DNA of 64,000 nt from an uncultured Actinomycetales bacterium (GTDB lineage: Bacteria > Actinomycetota > Actinomycetes > S36-B12). Both the position numbers and the translations under genes were made by a program. Under the pieces are notes generated by a model. That model saw nothing but the letters and a program-made list of their open reading frames with translations, was not told where the DNA came from and searched no databases. The stretch is from contig CAJXYI010000001.1 of assembly GCA_913063435.1 (NCBI GenBank), forward strand, positions 4,527-68,526, in the 5' to 3' direction. This document shows positions 1 through 9,999 of the stretch, piece after piece (position 1 is the stretch's first letter; each line of letters starts with the position of its first letter).

Positions 1-370
1 GTTGTCCACCGGCTCTATCGAAGCCGTTGTCGCATCGCACCCAGCAGTGGCCGAGTGCGCGGTGATCGGTGTGCACGATCCCCTCAAAGGGCAGTTGCCG
101 CGCGCTTTCGTCGTGCGCAAAGCCGGTGTCGAGATGGACGATGAGACCATTCATTCCCAGATCAAGGCTGCCGTTCGCGAGCGAATCGGTGCGATCGCCT
201 CGCTCAAGGATGTCGTCACTGTCCAGGCCTTGCCGAAGACCCGCTCGGGGAAGATCCTGCGTAGGACCATGAGGGCGATCGCCGATGGTCGAGACGAACC
301 AGCCCCCTCGACCATCGAAGATCCCGCGGTCCTCGAGCGAATAGCGCCGCTGTTGAGGTCGACGCAGTGA
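1..370 (+). CDS. Acyl-CoA synthetase (propionate/acetate-CoA ligase family), C-terminal part; 5' end outside the window
   Basis: ORF 2..370: LSTGSIEAVVASHP..ECAVIG..D.LKGQLP and LPKTRSGKILRR, the AMP-binding C-terminal domain motif. Confidence 0.85.
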   Translation, partial: LSTGSIEAVVASHPAVAECAVIGVHDPLKGQLPRAFVVRKAGVEMDDETIHSQIKAAVRERIGAIASLKDVVTVQALPKTRSGKILRRTMRAIADGRDEPAPSTIEDPAVLERIAPLLRSTQ

Positions 371-1467
371 CAGGACCCCTCGCCGGAGTCGTCGTCGCCG
401 ATCTGTCCCGTGTGCTCGCCGGCCCGTACGCCACCATGATGCTCGCCGATCTCGGTGCGGAGGTCATCAAGATCGAGCGCCCTGGCGTAGGAGATGACAC
501 GCGAGCCTGGGGTCCACCGTACGCCGACAACGGCCAGAGCACGTACTTCCAAGCCGTCAACCGGAATAAGACCTCGCGTGCGATCGATCTCACCTCGGTC
601 GAGGGGCAGGAGAAGGTGCGGCAGATCATCGAGCGAGCGGATGTTCTCGTCGAGAACTACAAGCCCGGAGCGCTCGAGCGGCTCGGTTTGGGCTACGCCG
701 ATCTGCACGCCAGGTTCCCGTCACTCATCTACTGCTCCATCACCGGATTCGGATCAGACCGGGGCGCGGATCTGCCCGGCTACGATCTCCTCGTCCAGGC
801 CATGGGCGGATTGATGAGCATCACCGGCCCTGGCCCCGACGAACCCACGAAAGCCGGCGTCGCGGTCGTGGACGTCATCACCGGCCTGCATGCCACCGTG
901 GGCATCCTGGCTGCGCTTCGACACCGCGATGCGACGGGCGAAGGGCAGCATGTCGAGGTCAGCCTGCTGACCTCGCTGCTGTCGGCACTGGTCAATCAGG
1001 CATCGTCGGTGGTCGGCGCCGGTGTGGTCCCGCAGATCATGGGCAATGAGCACCCGTCGATCACGCCGTATGCGGTGTATCGCACCGCGGATCGCCCCAT
1101 CGTGCTCGCCGTGGGCAACGATCGGCAATTCGCCGCGTTAGTCGACGTACTGGGGGTAGCCGAACTTGCCGTCGATGATCGGTTCGCGACCAATCCCGCC
1201 CGCGTTTCGCATCGCGAGGAGTTGACCGCGCTTCTCGAGCAGCGCCTGAAAGGCGCGGGTGCCGACCACTGGCAGGACCGACTGCATGCCGTCGGGGTCC
1301 CATGCGGTCCCATCAACGACATCGAGCAGGCGATCGACCTGGCGCAGCGGCTGGGTTTGCAGCCCGTAGTCGACGCTGGTGGTGTGCCCGGCATCACGAA
1401 TCCGATCGGCTTCTCCGCCACACCGGCGACCTACCGCAGCGGCCCTCCGGATCTGCCCACCGAATAG
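367..1467 (+). CDS. CoA transferase family III (CaiB/BaiF)
   Basis: PLAGVVVADLSRVLAGPYATMMLADLGAEVIKIERP, NRNKTS, DVLVENYKPG, GYDLLVQAMGGLMSITG; GTG start overlaps the upstream stop. Confidence 0.93.
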   Translation: MTGPLAGVVVADLSRVLAGPYATMMLADLGAEVIKIERPGVGDDTRAWGPPYADNGQSTYFQAVNRNKTSRAIDLTSVEGQEKVRQIIERADVLVENYKPGALERLGLGYADLHARFPSLIYCSITGFGSDRGADLPGYDLLVQAMGGLMSITGPGPDEPTKAGVAVVDVITGLHATVGILAALRHRDATGEGQHVEVSLLTSLLSALVNQASSVVGAGVVPQIMGNEHPSITPYAVYRTADRPIVLAVGNDRQFAALVDVLGVAELAVDDRFATNPARVSHREELTALLEQRLKGAGADHWQDRLHAVGVPCGPINDIEQAIDLAQRLGLQPVVDAGGVPGITNPIGFSATPATYRSGPPDLPTE

Positions 1468-1558
1468 CCCTCCGCCCGACCCGGCGGGGTCGACTGATGA
1501 GGGGAAGACGCAGGCGACGGGCTACCCTGGGAGCACACCCGAGGGAAAGGTCCGTCAC

Positions 1559-2734
1559 ATGCCGAAGGCGCCCGTTACACCGCTGGCCCTGCTCGATATC
1601 GACCACCTCCTCACCGAGGAGGAGCGAGCGATGCGTGATGTCGTGCGTGACTTCGTCGAAACCCGGATCAAGCCTGAGGTCGCCGACTGGTTCGAGGCGG
1701 GAACGATCCCCGCGCGTGAGTTGGCCCGCGAATTCGGTGACCTCGGTGTGCTCGGCATGCACCTCGAGGGCTATGGCTGTGCGGGAACGAATGCAGTGTC
1801 CTACGGCCTCGCCGCGATGGAACTCGAAGCCGGTGACTCCGGAATTCGCTCGCTGGTCAGCGTGCAAGGGTCGCTGGCGATGTATGCGATCCACGCCTTC
1901 GGATCGGAGGAGCACAAACAACAGTGGCTGCCCGGCATGGCGAAGGGAGAGCTGATCGGCTGCTTCGGACTCACCGAAGCCGATTTCGGTTCGAACCCAT
2001 CGGGGATGCGCACCGCGGCCAAGCGCGACGGGGATGACTGGATCCTCGACGGCTCGAAGATGTGGATCACGAATGGCACCGTCGCCGATGTCGCGATCGT
2101 GTGGGCACAGACCGATGACGGTATTCGTGGGTTCGTCGTGCCTACCGATACACCGGGTTTCCATGCGAATGAGATCCACAAGAAGTTGTCCCTGCGCGCT
2201 TCGTTAACCGCGGAATTGGTCTTCGATAGCGTGCGGCTGCCAGCTGATGCGGTCCTGCCGGATGTCGTGGGTCTGAAGGGCCCGCTGTCGTGCTTGAACG
2301 AGGCCCGCTTCGGTATCGCCTACGGCACCCTGGGTGCGGCTCGAGACTGCCTGGAGACCGCTATCTCGTATTCGATCGACCGTGAGCAGTTCGACAAGCC
2401 GATCGCCGGATATCAACTCACCCAGCGCAAGCTCGCCGACATGGCCGTCGAACTCGGCAAGGGCATGCTGCTGGCGATCCACCTGGGCCGGCTCAAGGAT
2501 GAGCACCGGGTCACAGCCGAGCAGATCAGCGTCGGCAAGCTCAACAATGCCCGGGAGTCACTCGCGATCGCGCGGGAATGCCGCAGCATCCTCGGCGGCA
2601 ACGGCATCACGTTGGAATACCCGATCATCCGGCACATGAACAACCTCGAATCGGTGTTCACCTACGAGGGCACGAACGAGATGCACACCCTGGTCATCGG
2701 CCAGGCGCTCACGGGCATCCCGGCTTTCCGCTAG
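1559..2734 (+). CDS. gcdH: Acyl-CoA dehydrogenase, glutaryl-CoA dehydrogenase-like
   Basis: ELEAGDSGIRSLVSVQGSL, GCFGLTE..FGSNP, GSKMWITNG, NLESVFTYEGT are typical of GCDH; ATG 1559 follows GAAAGG RBS (ORF track start 1379 is over-extended). Confidence 0.82.
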   Translation: MPKAPVTPLALLDIDHLLTEEERAMRDVVRDFVETRIKPEVADWFEAGTIPARELAREFGDLGVLGMHLEGYGCAGTNAVSYGLAAMELEAGDSGIRSLVSVQGSLAMYAIHAFGSEEHKQQWLPGMAKGELIGCFGLTEADFGSNPSGMRTAAKRDGDDWILDGSKMWITNGTVADVAIVWAQTDDGIRGFVVPTDTPGFHANEIHKKLSLRASLTAELVFDSVRLPADAVLPDVVGLKGPLSCLNEARFGIAYGTLGAARDCLETAISYSIDREQFDKPIAGYQLTQRKLADMAVELGKGMLLAIHLGRLKDEHRVTAEQISVGKLNNARESLAIARECRSILGGNGITLEYPIIRHMNNLESVFTYEGTNEMHTLVIGQALTGIPAFR

Positions 2735-4098
2735 GAGCCGAGCAGGCGGGACATCCACCGGGCGCGGCGTGATTCGCGACCGGTGCGCGCCTCGGTCGCG
2801 TCGGCGCTCGTCATGGCGCGCAGGCCTGCGTTGACTCCGACCCAGCGCAGCGGCTCGGGTTCCCATCTCGGCGAGGAATGGTTGACCCACGGCAGCCGCG
2901 TGCGCTCGGTGTCCTGCTCGGTGATCAGCTCGGCCAATGTCCGCCCGCCTAGATGCGAGGTGCCAACGCCGTCGCCCACGTAGCCGCCCGACCACGCAAG
3001 TCCGGTGGATCTGTCCAGACCGCATGAGGCGAACCAGTCCCGCGGGATGCCCAGGGGTCCGCCCCAGGCGTGGGTGACCGACGACCCGCCGATCGCAGGG
3101 AACAGGTCGACCAACGTGCGCCACAACTCGTGGAATACCTCGGTATCCCGGTCGTACTCGGGGCTGATGTCCGAGCCGAAGTGATAGGGCGCACCGCGCC
3201 CCCCGAATGCCAGGCGGCCGTCCGCGGTGCGCTGGCCGTAGATGATGAGGTGGCGATAATCGGCGAACGTCTCCCGCTCGGCCAGGCCGATGCTGGCCCA
3301 GGTCGGATCGTCGAGCGGCTCGGTGGCGATCATGAGCGAGTAGACCGGGGCGAGGGTGCGCCGGTGCCCCGGCAGGTTCGCGGTATAGCCCTCGGTTGCG
3401 CGCACGACGATAGGTGCGCGAACGCTTCCCGCTACCGTTCGGATGATGCCGGGTTCCAGCGAGCGCGCCGGGGAGTGCTCGAATAGTCGGGCCCCCCGAG
3501 AGACAACGGTTGCGGCCAGGGACCGGACCAAACGTGCGGGATGGATGGCTGCACAGTGTGGTGTGTAGGTGGCCGCGAGTACATCGGTAGCGCCTATCCG
3601 TTCGCGGGCGGCATCGGCGTCCCAGAATGCATAGTCTTGCGCGCCGAATCCGAAGGATCGCCACGTGTCGATCTCGTCGCGTGCCCGCTGGACCTGAATC
3701 GGGGTACGGGCGGCCACGATCGACCCTGCGTGGGCGGCCTGGATGTCCCAGCCCTCGCGACGACTGGCGGCCAGGATGTCGTCCACGGTGTCGTGCATCG
3801 CCTGCTGCTGGGCGATGGCTTGATCGCGTCCATATCGGCGGGCGATGGCCGTCATCGATGCGGGGAACAGCGCCGATGCCCAGCCGCCGTTGCGGCCGCT
3901 GGCTCCGAAGCCCGCGTGCTCGGCCTCGACGAGGACGATCGAGAGCGAGGGGTCGAACTGCTGCAGGTAGTACGCGGTCCACAGCCCGGTGTACCCGGCT
4001 CCGACGATGGCGACATCGGCGTGGGTGTCGCCATCGAGCCGCGTGCCGAGCGGCTGCCCGAGGTGCTCGGGCAGGGTCGCCTCCCACAGGGAGGTCAT
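2731..4098 (-). CDS. FAD-dependent oxidoreductase (DadA/PuuB-like amine oxidoreductase family)
   Basis: DVAIVGAGYTGLWTAY, GFGASGRNGGW, YVGDGV; ATG 4098 overlaps the stop of the upstream gene (ATGA). Confidence 0.88.
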   Translation of the reverse strand: MTSLWEATLPEHLGQPLGTRLDGDTHADVAIVGAGYTGLWTAYYLQQFDPSLSIVLVEAEHAGFGASGRNGGWASALFPASMTAIARRYGRDQAIAQQQAMHDTVDDILAASRREGWDIQAAHAGSIVAARTPIQVQRARDEIDTWRSFGFGAQDYAFWDADAARERIGATDVLAATYTPHCAAIHPARLVRSLAATVVSRGARLFEHSPARSLEPGIIRTVAGSVRAPIVVRATEGYTANLPGHRRTLAPVYSLMIATEPLDDPTWASIGLAERETFADYRHLIIYGQRTADGRLAFGGRGAPYHFGSDISPEYDRDTEVFHELWRTLVDLFPAIGGSSVTHAWGGPLGIPRDWFASCGLDRSTGLAWSGGYVGDGVGTSHLGGRTLAELITEQDTERTRLPWVNHSSPRWEPEPLRWVGVNAGLRAMTSADATEARTGRESRRARWMSRLLGS

Positions 4099-4760
4099 GT
4101 CCGCGTCCACCTCCGCAGATACTGCGGGACGTCGGCGTCGCGGCTGAGATCGTCGGGCTCGGGTGTCCCGAAGGATTCCACGAGGGGCACGACACCGGCC
4201 CATACACGCGAATACACCGGATCGGCGAGATCCTCCTCGAGATCCTCCGGACCACCGGTGCGGACCTTGACCGAGCATTCGGCCAGCGGCAGCGACAGGG
4301 TCATCGTGGCCTTGAGCTCCTGGGCCGCCGGTGGTCGGATGTCGGCCCACCGGTCGGGCAGCAGGTGATCGCTGATCGCCCGCAGCGCGGCCAATTCCTC
4401 ATCGCCTTCGAGCCGGCGGGCGGTGCCGAGGATCATCACGCTGCGGTAGTTCATGCTCGACTCGAAGGAGCTTCGCGCGAGCACGAGCCCATCGAGCAAG
4501 GTCACCGTCACACAGGTGGGTTGTCCTTCGGCGAGACGCTTGAACAATCGCGAGGCACTGGATCCGTGGAACACGACGTCATCGCCGAGCCGTGCGTATC
4601 CGACAGGCACGACGAACGGCTGGCCGTCCTCGACGACCGCGACATGCGCGACGAGGCCGGCGTCCAAGATCGCGTAGAGGGTTTCGCGATCTGTGACGCC
4701 ACGCTCGGGGGCGCGTTTGATCGTCGTGCGTGGGCTGGTGCCCGGAGCCGGTTGCGTCAC
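4095..4760 (-). CDS. Pyridoxamine 5'-phosphate oxidase-like flavin-binding protein (NimA-like)
   Basis: LYAILDAGLVAHV, FHGSSASR, DGLVLARS.FESSMNYRSV, KVRTGGP.D, WAGVVP. Confidence 0.85.
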   Translation of the reverse strand: MTQPAPGTSPRTTIKRAPERGVTDRETLYAILDAGLVAHVAVVEDGQPFVVPVGYARLGDDVVFHGSSASRLFKRLAEGQPTCVTVTLLDGLVLARSSFESSMNYRSVMILGTARRLEGDEELAALRAISDHLLPDRWADIRPPAAQELKATMTLSLPLAECSVKVRTGGPEDLEEDLADPVYSRVWAGVVPLVESFGTPEPDDLSRDADVPQYLRRWTRT

Positions 4761-6157
4761 AGGATGTTCGACGCTTCGGTGAGGACCTGGCGCAGGATCT
4801 GCTCGACCTCGTTGAAATGCGACTGGTCGATGATGAGCGGCGGAGCGAGTTGGATCACCGGGTCGCCGCGATCGTCAGCGCGGCAGTACAGGCCGTTGTC
4901 GAATAGGGCCTTGGACAAGAACCCGCGCAGCAACCGCTCGGATTCCTCCTCGTTGAACGTCTCGCGAGTCTCGGTGTCCTTGACCAGTTCGATCCCGTAG
5001 AAGAACCCCGCACCGCGAACGTCACCGACGATCGGCAGGTCGAGTAGCTTCTCCAGGGTGCGGCGGAATGCGCCCTCATTTTCCTTGACGTGGTCGTTGA
5101 TGCCCTCGCGCTCGAAGATGTCCAGATTGGCCATCGCGACAGCAGCTGCCACGGGATGACCGCCCCAGGTGTAGCCATGCAGGAACGCGTTCGTGCCGTG
5201 CTTGAACGGCTCGAACAGTCGCTCACTGGCGATCATGGCACCGAGTGGCGCGTAACCGGAGGTCATGCCTTTGGCGCAGGTGATGATGTCGGGGGTGACG
5301 CCGAATCGGTTGATGGCGAACATGTCGCCGATACGCCCGAAGGCCGTGATGGTCTCATCCGCGACGAACAGCACGTCGTAGGCGTCGCAGATCTCGCGGA
5401 CCCGCTCGAGATATCCGGGCGGGGGAGGGAAGCAGCCGCCGGAGTTCTGCACCGGCTCCAAGAACACCGCCGCAACGGAATCGGCACCCTCGAATTCGAT
5501 GGCCTCGGCGATGCGATCGGCAGCCCAGAGTCCGAATGCCTTCTCGTCGTAGCGGTATTCCTCCGGAGCCCGATAGAAATTCGTGTTCGGGACCTTCACG
5601 CCGCCGGGGACGAGGGGTTCGAAGGGGATCTTCGCCGGGGGGATGCCGGTGATGCTCAGGGCTCCCTGCGGCGTGCCGTGATAGGCAACCGACCGCGATA
5701 TCACCTTGTGCTTGGTCGGCTTTCCCGTCAGCTTGAAGTACTGCTTGGCCAGTTTCCAGGCGCTTTCGACCGCCTCACCACCGCCGGTGGTGAAGAACAC
5801 GCGGTTGAGATCCCCGGGGGCGTAGGACGCGAGGCGCTCGGCGAGTTCGATCGCTTTGGGATGCGCATAGGACCACAGCGGGAAGAACTCCAGCTCCTGC
5901 GCCTGGCGGGCCATCGCCTCGGCGAGTTCGGCGCGACCATGGCCGACCTGGACGACGAACAACCCGGCCAGACCATCGAAATAGCGGCGGCCCTGGTCAT
6001 CGAAGATGTAGGGCCCTTCGCCACGCGTGATGATCGGGACATGACCACCGCCCTCGTAGACGGAGTGGCGGGTGAAGTGCATCCATAGGTGACGTCGAGC
6101 TCGCTCGGCAAGCGCGTCTGCGTTGCCCTCGGTCACATACTGCGGAGTGGTGGTCAT
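4757..6157 (-). CDS. Class III aminotransferase (omega-amine/polyamine:2-oxoacid)
   Basis: HLWMHFT, FFTTGGGEAVE, YHGT, EPVQNSGG, DETITAFGR, PDIITCAKG (PLP lysine), HGYTWGGHP. Confidence 0.93.
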   Translation of the reverse strand: MTTTPQYVTEGNADALAERARRHLWMHFTRHSVYEGGGHVPIITRGEGPYIFDDQGRRYFDGLAGLFVVQVGHGRAELAEAMARQAQELEFFPLWSYAHPKAIELAERLASYAPGDLNRVFFTTGGGEAVESAWKLAKQYFKLTGKPTKHKVISRSVAYHGTPQGALSITGIPPAKIPFEPLVPGGVKVPNTNFYRAPEEYRYDEKAFGLWAADRIAEAIEFEGADSVAAVFLEPVQNSGGCFPPPPGYLERVREICDAYDVLFVADETITAFGRIGDMFAINRFGVTPDIITCAKGMTSGYAPLGAMIASERLFEPFKHGTNAFLHGYTWGGHPVAAAVAMANLDIFEREGINDHVKENEGAFRRTLEKLLDLPIVGDVRGAGFFYGIELVKDTETRETFNEEESERLLRGFLSKALFDNGLYCRADDRGDPVIQLAPPLIIDQSHFNEVEQILRQVLTEASNIL

Positions 6158-6206
6158 GCTCTCTTCCTCGTTTTCGGTGCTTCGGTTTCCGGCACTGTCG
6201 TCGGCA

Positions 6207-6692
6207 TCAGCGGGTTCCCCACGAATAGATCTGCTTACGCAATTTCAAGTACACGAACGTCTCGGTGTTGCGGACTCCCGGAACGGCTCGGATTCGGCGG
6301 TTGACGATCTCGAGCAGGTGGTCGTCATCCTCGGCGACGACCTCGGCCATCACATCGAACCCTCCCGCGCAGATGACGAGGTAGTCCACCTCAGGCATGT
6401 CCTCCAACTCGTCGGCGGCAGCCTCGACGTCCCCGTCGATGTGGATGCCGATCATGGCCGCGCGAGGGAAGCCGACCTGCAGGGGGTCGGTGACGGCGAC
6501 GACCTGCATGACGCCGGTGTCGATCAGTCGCTGGACGCGTTGGCGCACGGCCGCCTCGGACAGCCCGACGACCTTGCCGATGGCCGCATAGGACCGGCGC
6601 CCGTCCTGCTGGAGCTGGTCGATGATCGCCTTGCTGACATCGTCGAGGCGCGCAGGGGTCGGCCTGATGGCACGTCGGGCAACCGCGGTCAC
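6207..6692 (-). CDS. Lrp/AsnC family transcriptional regulator
   Basis: [44 protein letters not shown] followed by a RAM-like domain; divergent from the dehydrogenase genes. Confidence 0.93.
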   Translation of the reverse strand: MTAVARRAIRPTPARLDDVSKAIIDQLQQDGRRSYAAIGKVVGLSEAAVRQRVQRLIDTGVMQVVAVTDPLQVGFPRAAMIGIHIDGDVEAAADELEDMPEVDYLVICAGGFDVMAEVVAEDDDHLLEIVNRRIRAVPGVRNTETFVYLKLRKQIYSWGTR

Positions 6693-6729
6693 CCCACCAG
6701 GATGCGGTATCGATCAGGGGAAAGCAAGT

Positions 6730-6797
6730 GAATCCGCGGCAAAATGATCATTCAACGACTGATTTCGTCGAATTCTGCCGCGATTCTCGACGAAGTC
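6730..6797. promoter_or_regulatory. Candidate operator region in the divergent Lrp/AsnC-ALDH intergenic
   Basis: AT-richer stretch with imperfect inverted repeat GATTTCGTCGA (6761-6771) / TCGACGAAGTC (6787-6797); function inferred from position only. Confidence 0.3.
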
Positions 6798-6916
6798 CAT
6801 GGAATCCCGATAGCGTCGGCGGTAGTTCGGGCTGTCGACCGGACCGACCAGATCCCGCCAGACTCATCCGTTCCATCCCGACCCACCCGCACCGTCGCTG
6901 GGAGAAGGAGATCACC

Positions 6917-8362
6917 GTGGCCACCCGCGAAATCCGAAACGTCATCAACGGCGCATCCGTCCCCGCTGCCGAGGGCCAGACCATCGATCTGGTCGACCCG
7001 ACCACCGGACAGGTCTTCGCTACGGCACCCCAGTCGGGTGCGCAGGACATCGACCGTGCCTATGCGGCGGCTGCCACCGCATTCGAGGGCTGGCGCGACA
7101 CCGTGCCCGGGGAGAGGCAGAAGGCGCTGCTGGCGATCGCCGATCTGTTCGAGGAGCACGCCGAGGAACTCGTCGCATTGGAAAGCGAGAACTGCGGCAA
7201 GCCGGTTGCGGTGACCATGAGCGAGGAGATCCCGCCCATGGTGGACCAGATCCGGTTCTTCGCCGGTGCAGCCCGCGTGCTGGAGGGGCGCGCGGCCGGG
7301 GAGTACATGGCCGGTTTCACCTCGATGATCCGTCGCGAGCCGGTCGGAGTGATCGGTCAGGTCACGCCGTGGAACTACCCGATGATGATGGCCGTGTGGA
7401 AGTACATTCCCGCGATCGCAGCGGGTAACGCCGTCGTGTTGAAGCCGTCGGACACCACGCCTGCGTCGACTGTGCGGATGGCGGAGTTGATCAGCGAGGC
7501 CGAGATCCTGCCGCCGGGTGTGTTCAACGTCGTATGCGGGGATCGAGAGACCGGTCGCAGCCTCGTCTCGCATCCCACGCCCCAGATGGTGTCCATCACC
7601 GGATCGGTCCGCGCCGGCATGGAGGTGGCCGGGGAAGCGGCCCGCGACGTCAAGCGCGTCCACCTCGAACTCGGAGGCAAGGCTCCGGTTGTCATCTTCG
7701 ATGACGCGGATATCGAGGCTGCAGCCGAATGGCTTGCGGTCGCGGGATATTTCAACGCCGGTCAGGACTGCACTGCTGCGACCCGCATACTCGTGGCGCC
7801 GGGAATCCATGACGACTTCGTCGCGGCGATGGCCGAGCAGGCCCGTGGTACCGCGACGACATTCGAGGATGGCCCAGGTGGTGAAGCGCTGGTACCTCCG
7901 GTCAATAACGCCGCGCAACTCGAGCGCGTGCTCGGATTCTTGCAGCGGGTGCCCGCCCATGCCGAGGTCGTCGTGGGCGGCAACCGACAGGGTGACCGAG
8001 GATTCTTCGTCGAGCCGACGGTCGTGTCCGGCCTGCAACAGGATGACGAGATGATCCAGAACGAGATCTTCGGTCCGGTCATCACGATCCAGCAGTTCAC
8101 CGACGAAGCCGAAGCATTGCGCTGGGCCAACGGCGTGCACTACGGACTGGCGTCGTCGGTGTGGACCAAGGACTTCGGGCGTGCGATGCGCATGGCGAAG
8201 GGCTTGGATTTCGGATGCGTATGGATCAATACCCACATCCCACTGGTCGCCGAAATGCCCCATGGTGGGTTCAAGCACTCCGGATATGGCAAGGATCTGT
8301 CGATGTACGGGTTCGAGGACTACACGCGGATCAAGCACGTGATGGCCAGTCTCGAGAGCTGA
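6917..8362 (+). CDS. Gamma-aminobutyraldehyde dehydrogenase-like aldehyde dehydrogenase
   Basis: [30 protein letters not shown] (catalytic Cys), [21 protein letters not shown]; GTG 6917 after AAGGAG. Confidence 0.93.
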   Translation: MATREIRNVINGASVPAAEGQTIDLVDPTTGQVFATAPQSGAQDIDRAYAAAATAFEGWRDTVPGERQKALLAIADLFEEHAEELVALESENCGKPVAVTMSEEIPPMVDQIRFFAGAARVLEGRAAGEYMAGFTSMIRREPVGVIGQVTPWNYPMMMAVWKYIPAIAAGNAVVLKPSDTTPASTVRMAELISEAEILPPGVFNVVCGDRETGRSLVSHPTPQMVSITGSVRAGMEVAGEAARDVKRVHLELGGKAPVVIFDDADIEAAAEWLAVAGYFNAGQDCTAATRILVAPGIHDDFVAAMAEQARGTATTFEDGPGGEALVPPVNNAAQLERVLGFLQRVPAHAEVVVGGNRQGDRGFFVEPTVVSGLQQDDEMIQNEIFGPVITIQQFTDEAEALRWANGVHYGLASSVWTKDFGRAMRMAKGLDFGCVWINTHIPLVAEMPHGGFKHSGYGKDLSMYGFEDYTRIKHVMASLES

Positions 8363-8375
8363 CGGCAGTCACTGA

Positions 8376-9842
8376 TTGATGGGAGAACAGGTGGACACCC
8401 TAGACGTTATCGATCCGGCAGTCGGGACGCCGATTGCCACGGTCGAGCTCGCTGGTCCAGAGCAGGTGGATGCCGCGGTGCGCAAGGCGCGTGAAGCTTT
8501 CGCGGATTGGTCGAGGCAGTCACCCGGTGCACGTGGTGATGCACTGCTCGCACTCGCCGAACGTCTGCGTGCACGGGCCGATGAGTACGCGATGGTGGAA
8601 TCGAGGCAAACAGGCAAGACATTGCGCATGGCGACGGAGTTCGATGTGCCCGGGTCCATCGACAATGTCGTCTTCTTCGCCGGCGCGGCTCGCATTCTGG
8701 AAGGGCGAGCTTCGGCGGAGTACGACCCCGATCACACCTCGGTCATCCGTCGCGAACCCGTGGGTGTCGTCGGCTCAGTGGCACCGTGGAACTATCCGCT
8801 GCAGATGGCGATGTGGAAGGTCCTGCCCGCCATCGCCGCGGGAAACACGATCGTGTTGAAGCCGGCGGAGATCACGCCGTTGACCTCGGTGATGCTCGCC
8901 GAGGATGCGCTCGCAGCGGGTATTCCCGAGGGTGTGCTCAATGTGGTGGTGGGCACCGGACCTGTCGCCGGTGAGGCGCTCATCAGCCACCCGGATGTCG
9001 ACATGGTGTCCTTCACCGGCTCGACGCCCATCGGCAAGCGGGTCATGGAGGTCGCTTCGGCTCGAGCGGCTCGGGTGCATCTGGAACTCGGTGGCAAGGC
9101 CCCCTTCGTAGTGTTCGATGACGCCGATCTCGAGGCGGCCGTGCACGGTGCAGCCGCCGGTGCGCTGATCAACACCGGACAGGACTGCACTGCGGCGACA
9201 CGGGCCTATGTCCAGCGACCGCTGTATGACGCGTTCGTCGCCGGGGTCAGTGACCTGTTCGCCTCGATCCGGATCGGCGACCCGCGTGACCCGGATATCG
9301 ACATGGGATCGCTCGTGTCGACACGTCAGGCCGAACGCGTGGCGGGGTATGTGGATCGGGCCCGCGCCGATGGCGCCAAGGTGCGAGTGGGTGGGCAGGT
9401 CCCCGGTGGCGCACTCTCGGCAGGTGCGTTCTATCCCGCAACCGTCATCACCGATGCTGCTCAGGACTCCCAGATCGTGCAGGAGGAGGTCTTCGGACCG
9501 GTCCTCGTCGTGTTGCCGTTCGACTCCGATGACGAGGGAATCGCTCTGGCGAATGACACGCCTTTCGGGCTCGCGGCTTCGGCCTGGACCACCGACGTGT
9601 TCCGCGCCCAGCGTGCCCAGCGCGAGATCCGGGCCGGATGCGTGTGGCTGAACGACCACATCCCGATCGTGAGCGAGATGCCCCACGGGGGGATGAAACA
9701 GTCCGGTTTCGGCAAGGACATGTCGCTGTATTCACTGGAGGACTACACCATCGTCAAGCACGTCTCCTGGGACATCACCGGCCAGCCCAGGAAGCAGTGG
9801 CATCGGACGGTTTTCGCCGATCGGTCGGGCACGGATCGGTAA
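8376..9842 (+). CDS. Second gamma-aminobutyraldehyde dehydrogenase-like aldehyde dehydrogenase
   Basis: [46 protein letters not shown]. Confidence 0.92.
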   Translation: MMGEQVDTLDVIDPAVGTPIATVELAGPEQVDAAVRKAREAFADWSRQSPGARGDALLALAERLRARADEYAMVESRQTGKTLRMATEFDVPGSIDNVVFFAGAARILEGRASAEYDPDHTSVIRREPVGVVGSVAPWNYPLQMAMWKVLPAIAAGNTIVLKPAEITPLTSVMLAEDALAAGIPEGVLNVVVGTGPVAGEALISHPDVDMVSFTGSTPIGKRVMEVASARAARVHLELGGKAPFVVFDDADLEAAVHGAAAGALINTGQDCTAATRAYVQRPLYDAFVAGVSDLFASIRIGDPRDPDIDMGSLVSTRQAERVAGYVDRARADGAKVRVGGQVPGGALSAGAFYPATVITDAAQDSQIVQEEVFGPVLVVLPFDSDDEGIALANDTPFGLAASAWTTDVFRAQRAQREIRAGCVWLNDHIPIVSEMPHGGMKQSGFGKDMSLYSLEDYTIVKHVSWDITGQPRKQWHRTVFADRSGTDR

Positions 9843-9953
9843 CGACCGGGATGGTGAAACGACAAGGCGACACCTTGGCAACCAGAATGTGAATGATCGT
9901 GGCATGATGCGCCCGGGAACCGAAGCCACCGGGTGCGACGGGCCGACAGGACG

Positions 9954-9984
9954 CATACGTATGACCCGTACGTATGACCATACG
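9954..9984. promoter_or_regulatory. Tandem/palindromic candidate operator upstream of the ABC substrate-binding gene
   Basis: TACGTATGACC at 9956-9966 and 9969-9979; palindrome CATACGTATG 9954-9963; CGTATG-AC-CATACG 9971-9984. Confidence 0.35.
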
Positions 9985-9999
9985 AAGGAGATGACCACC

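Noticed and set aside
1468-1558. CTGATGA...GAAA resembling a hammerhead ribozyme core
   Set aside because: No C before GAAA to close stem II and no convincing stems I/III; the GAAAGG is better explained as the RBS of the next gene.
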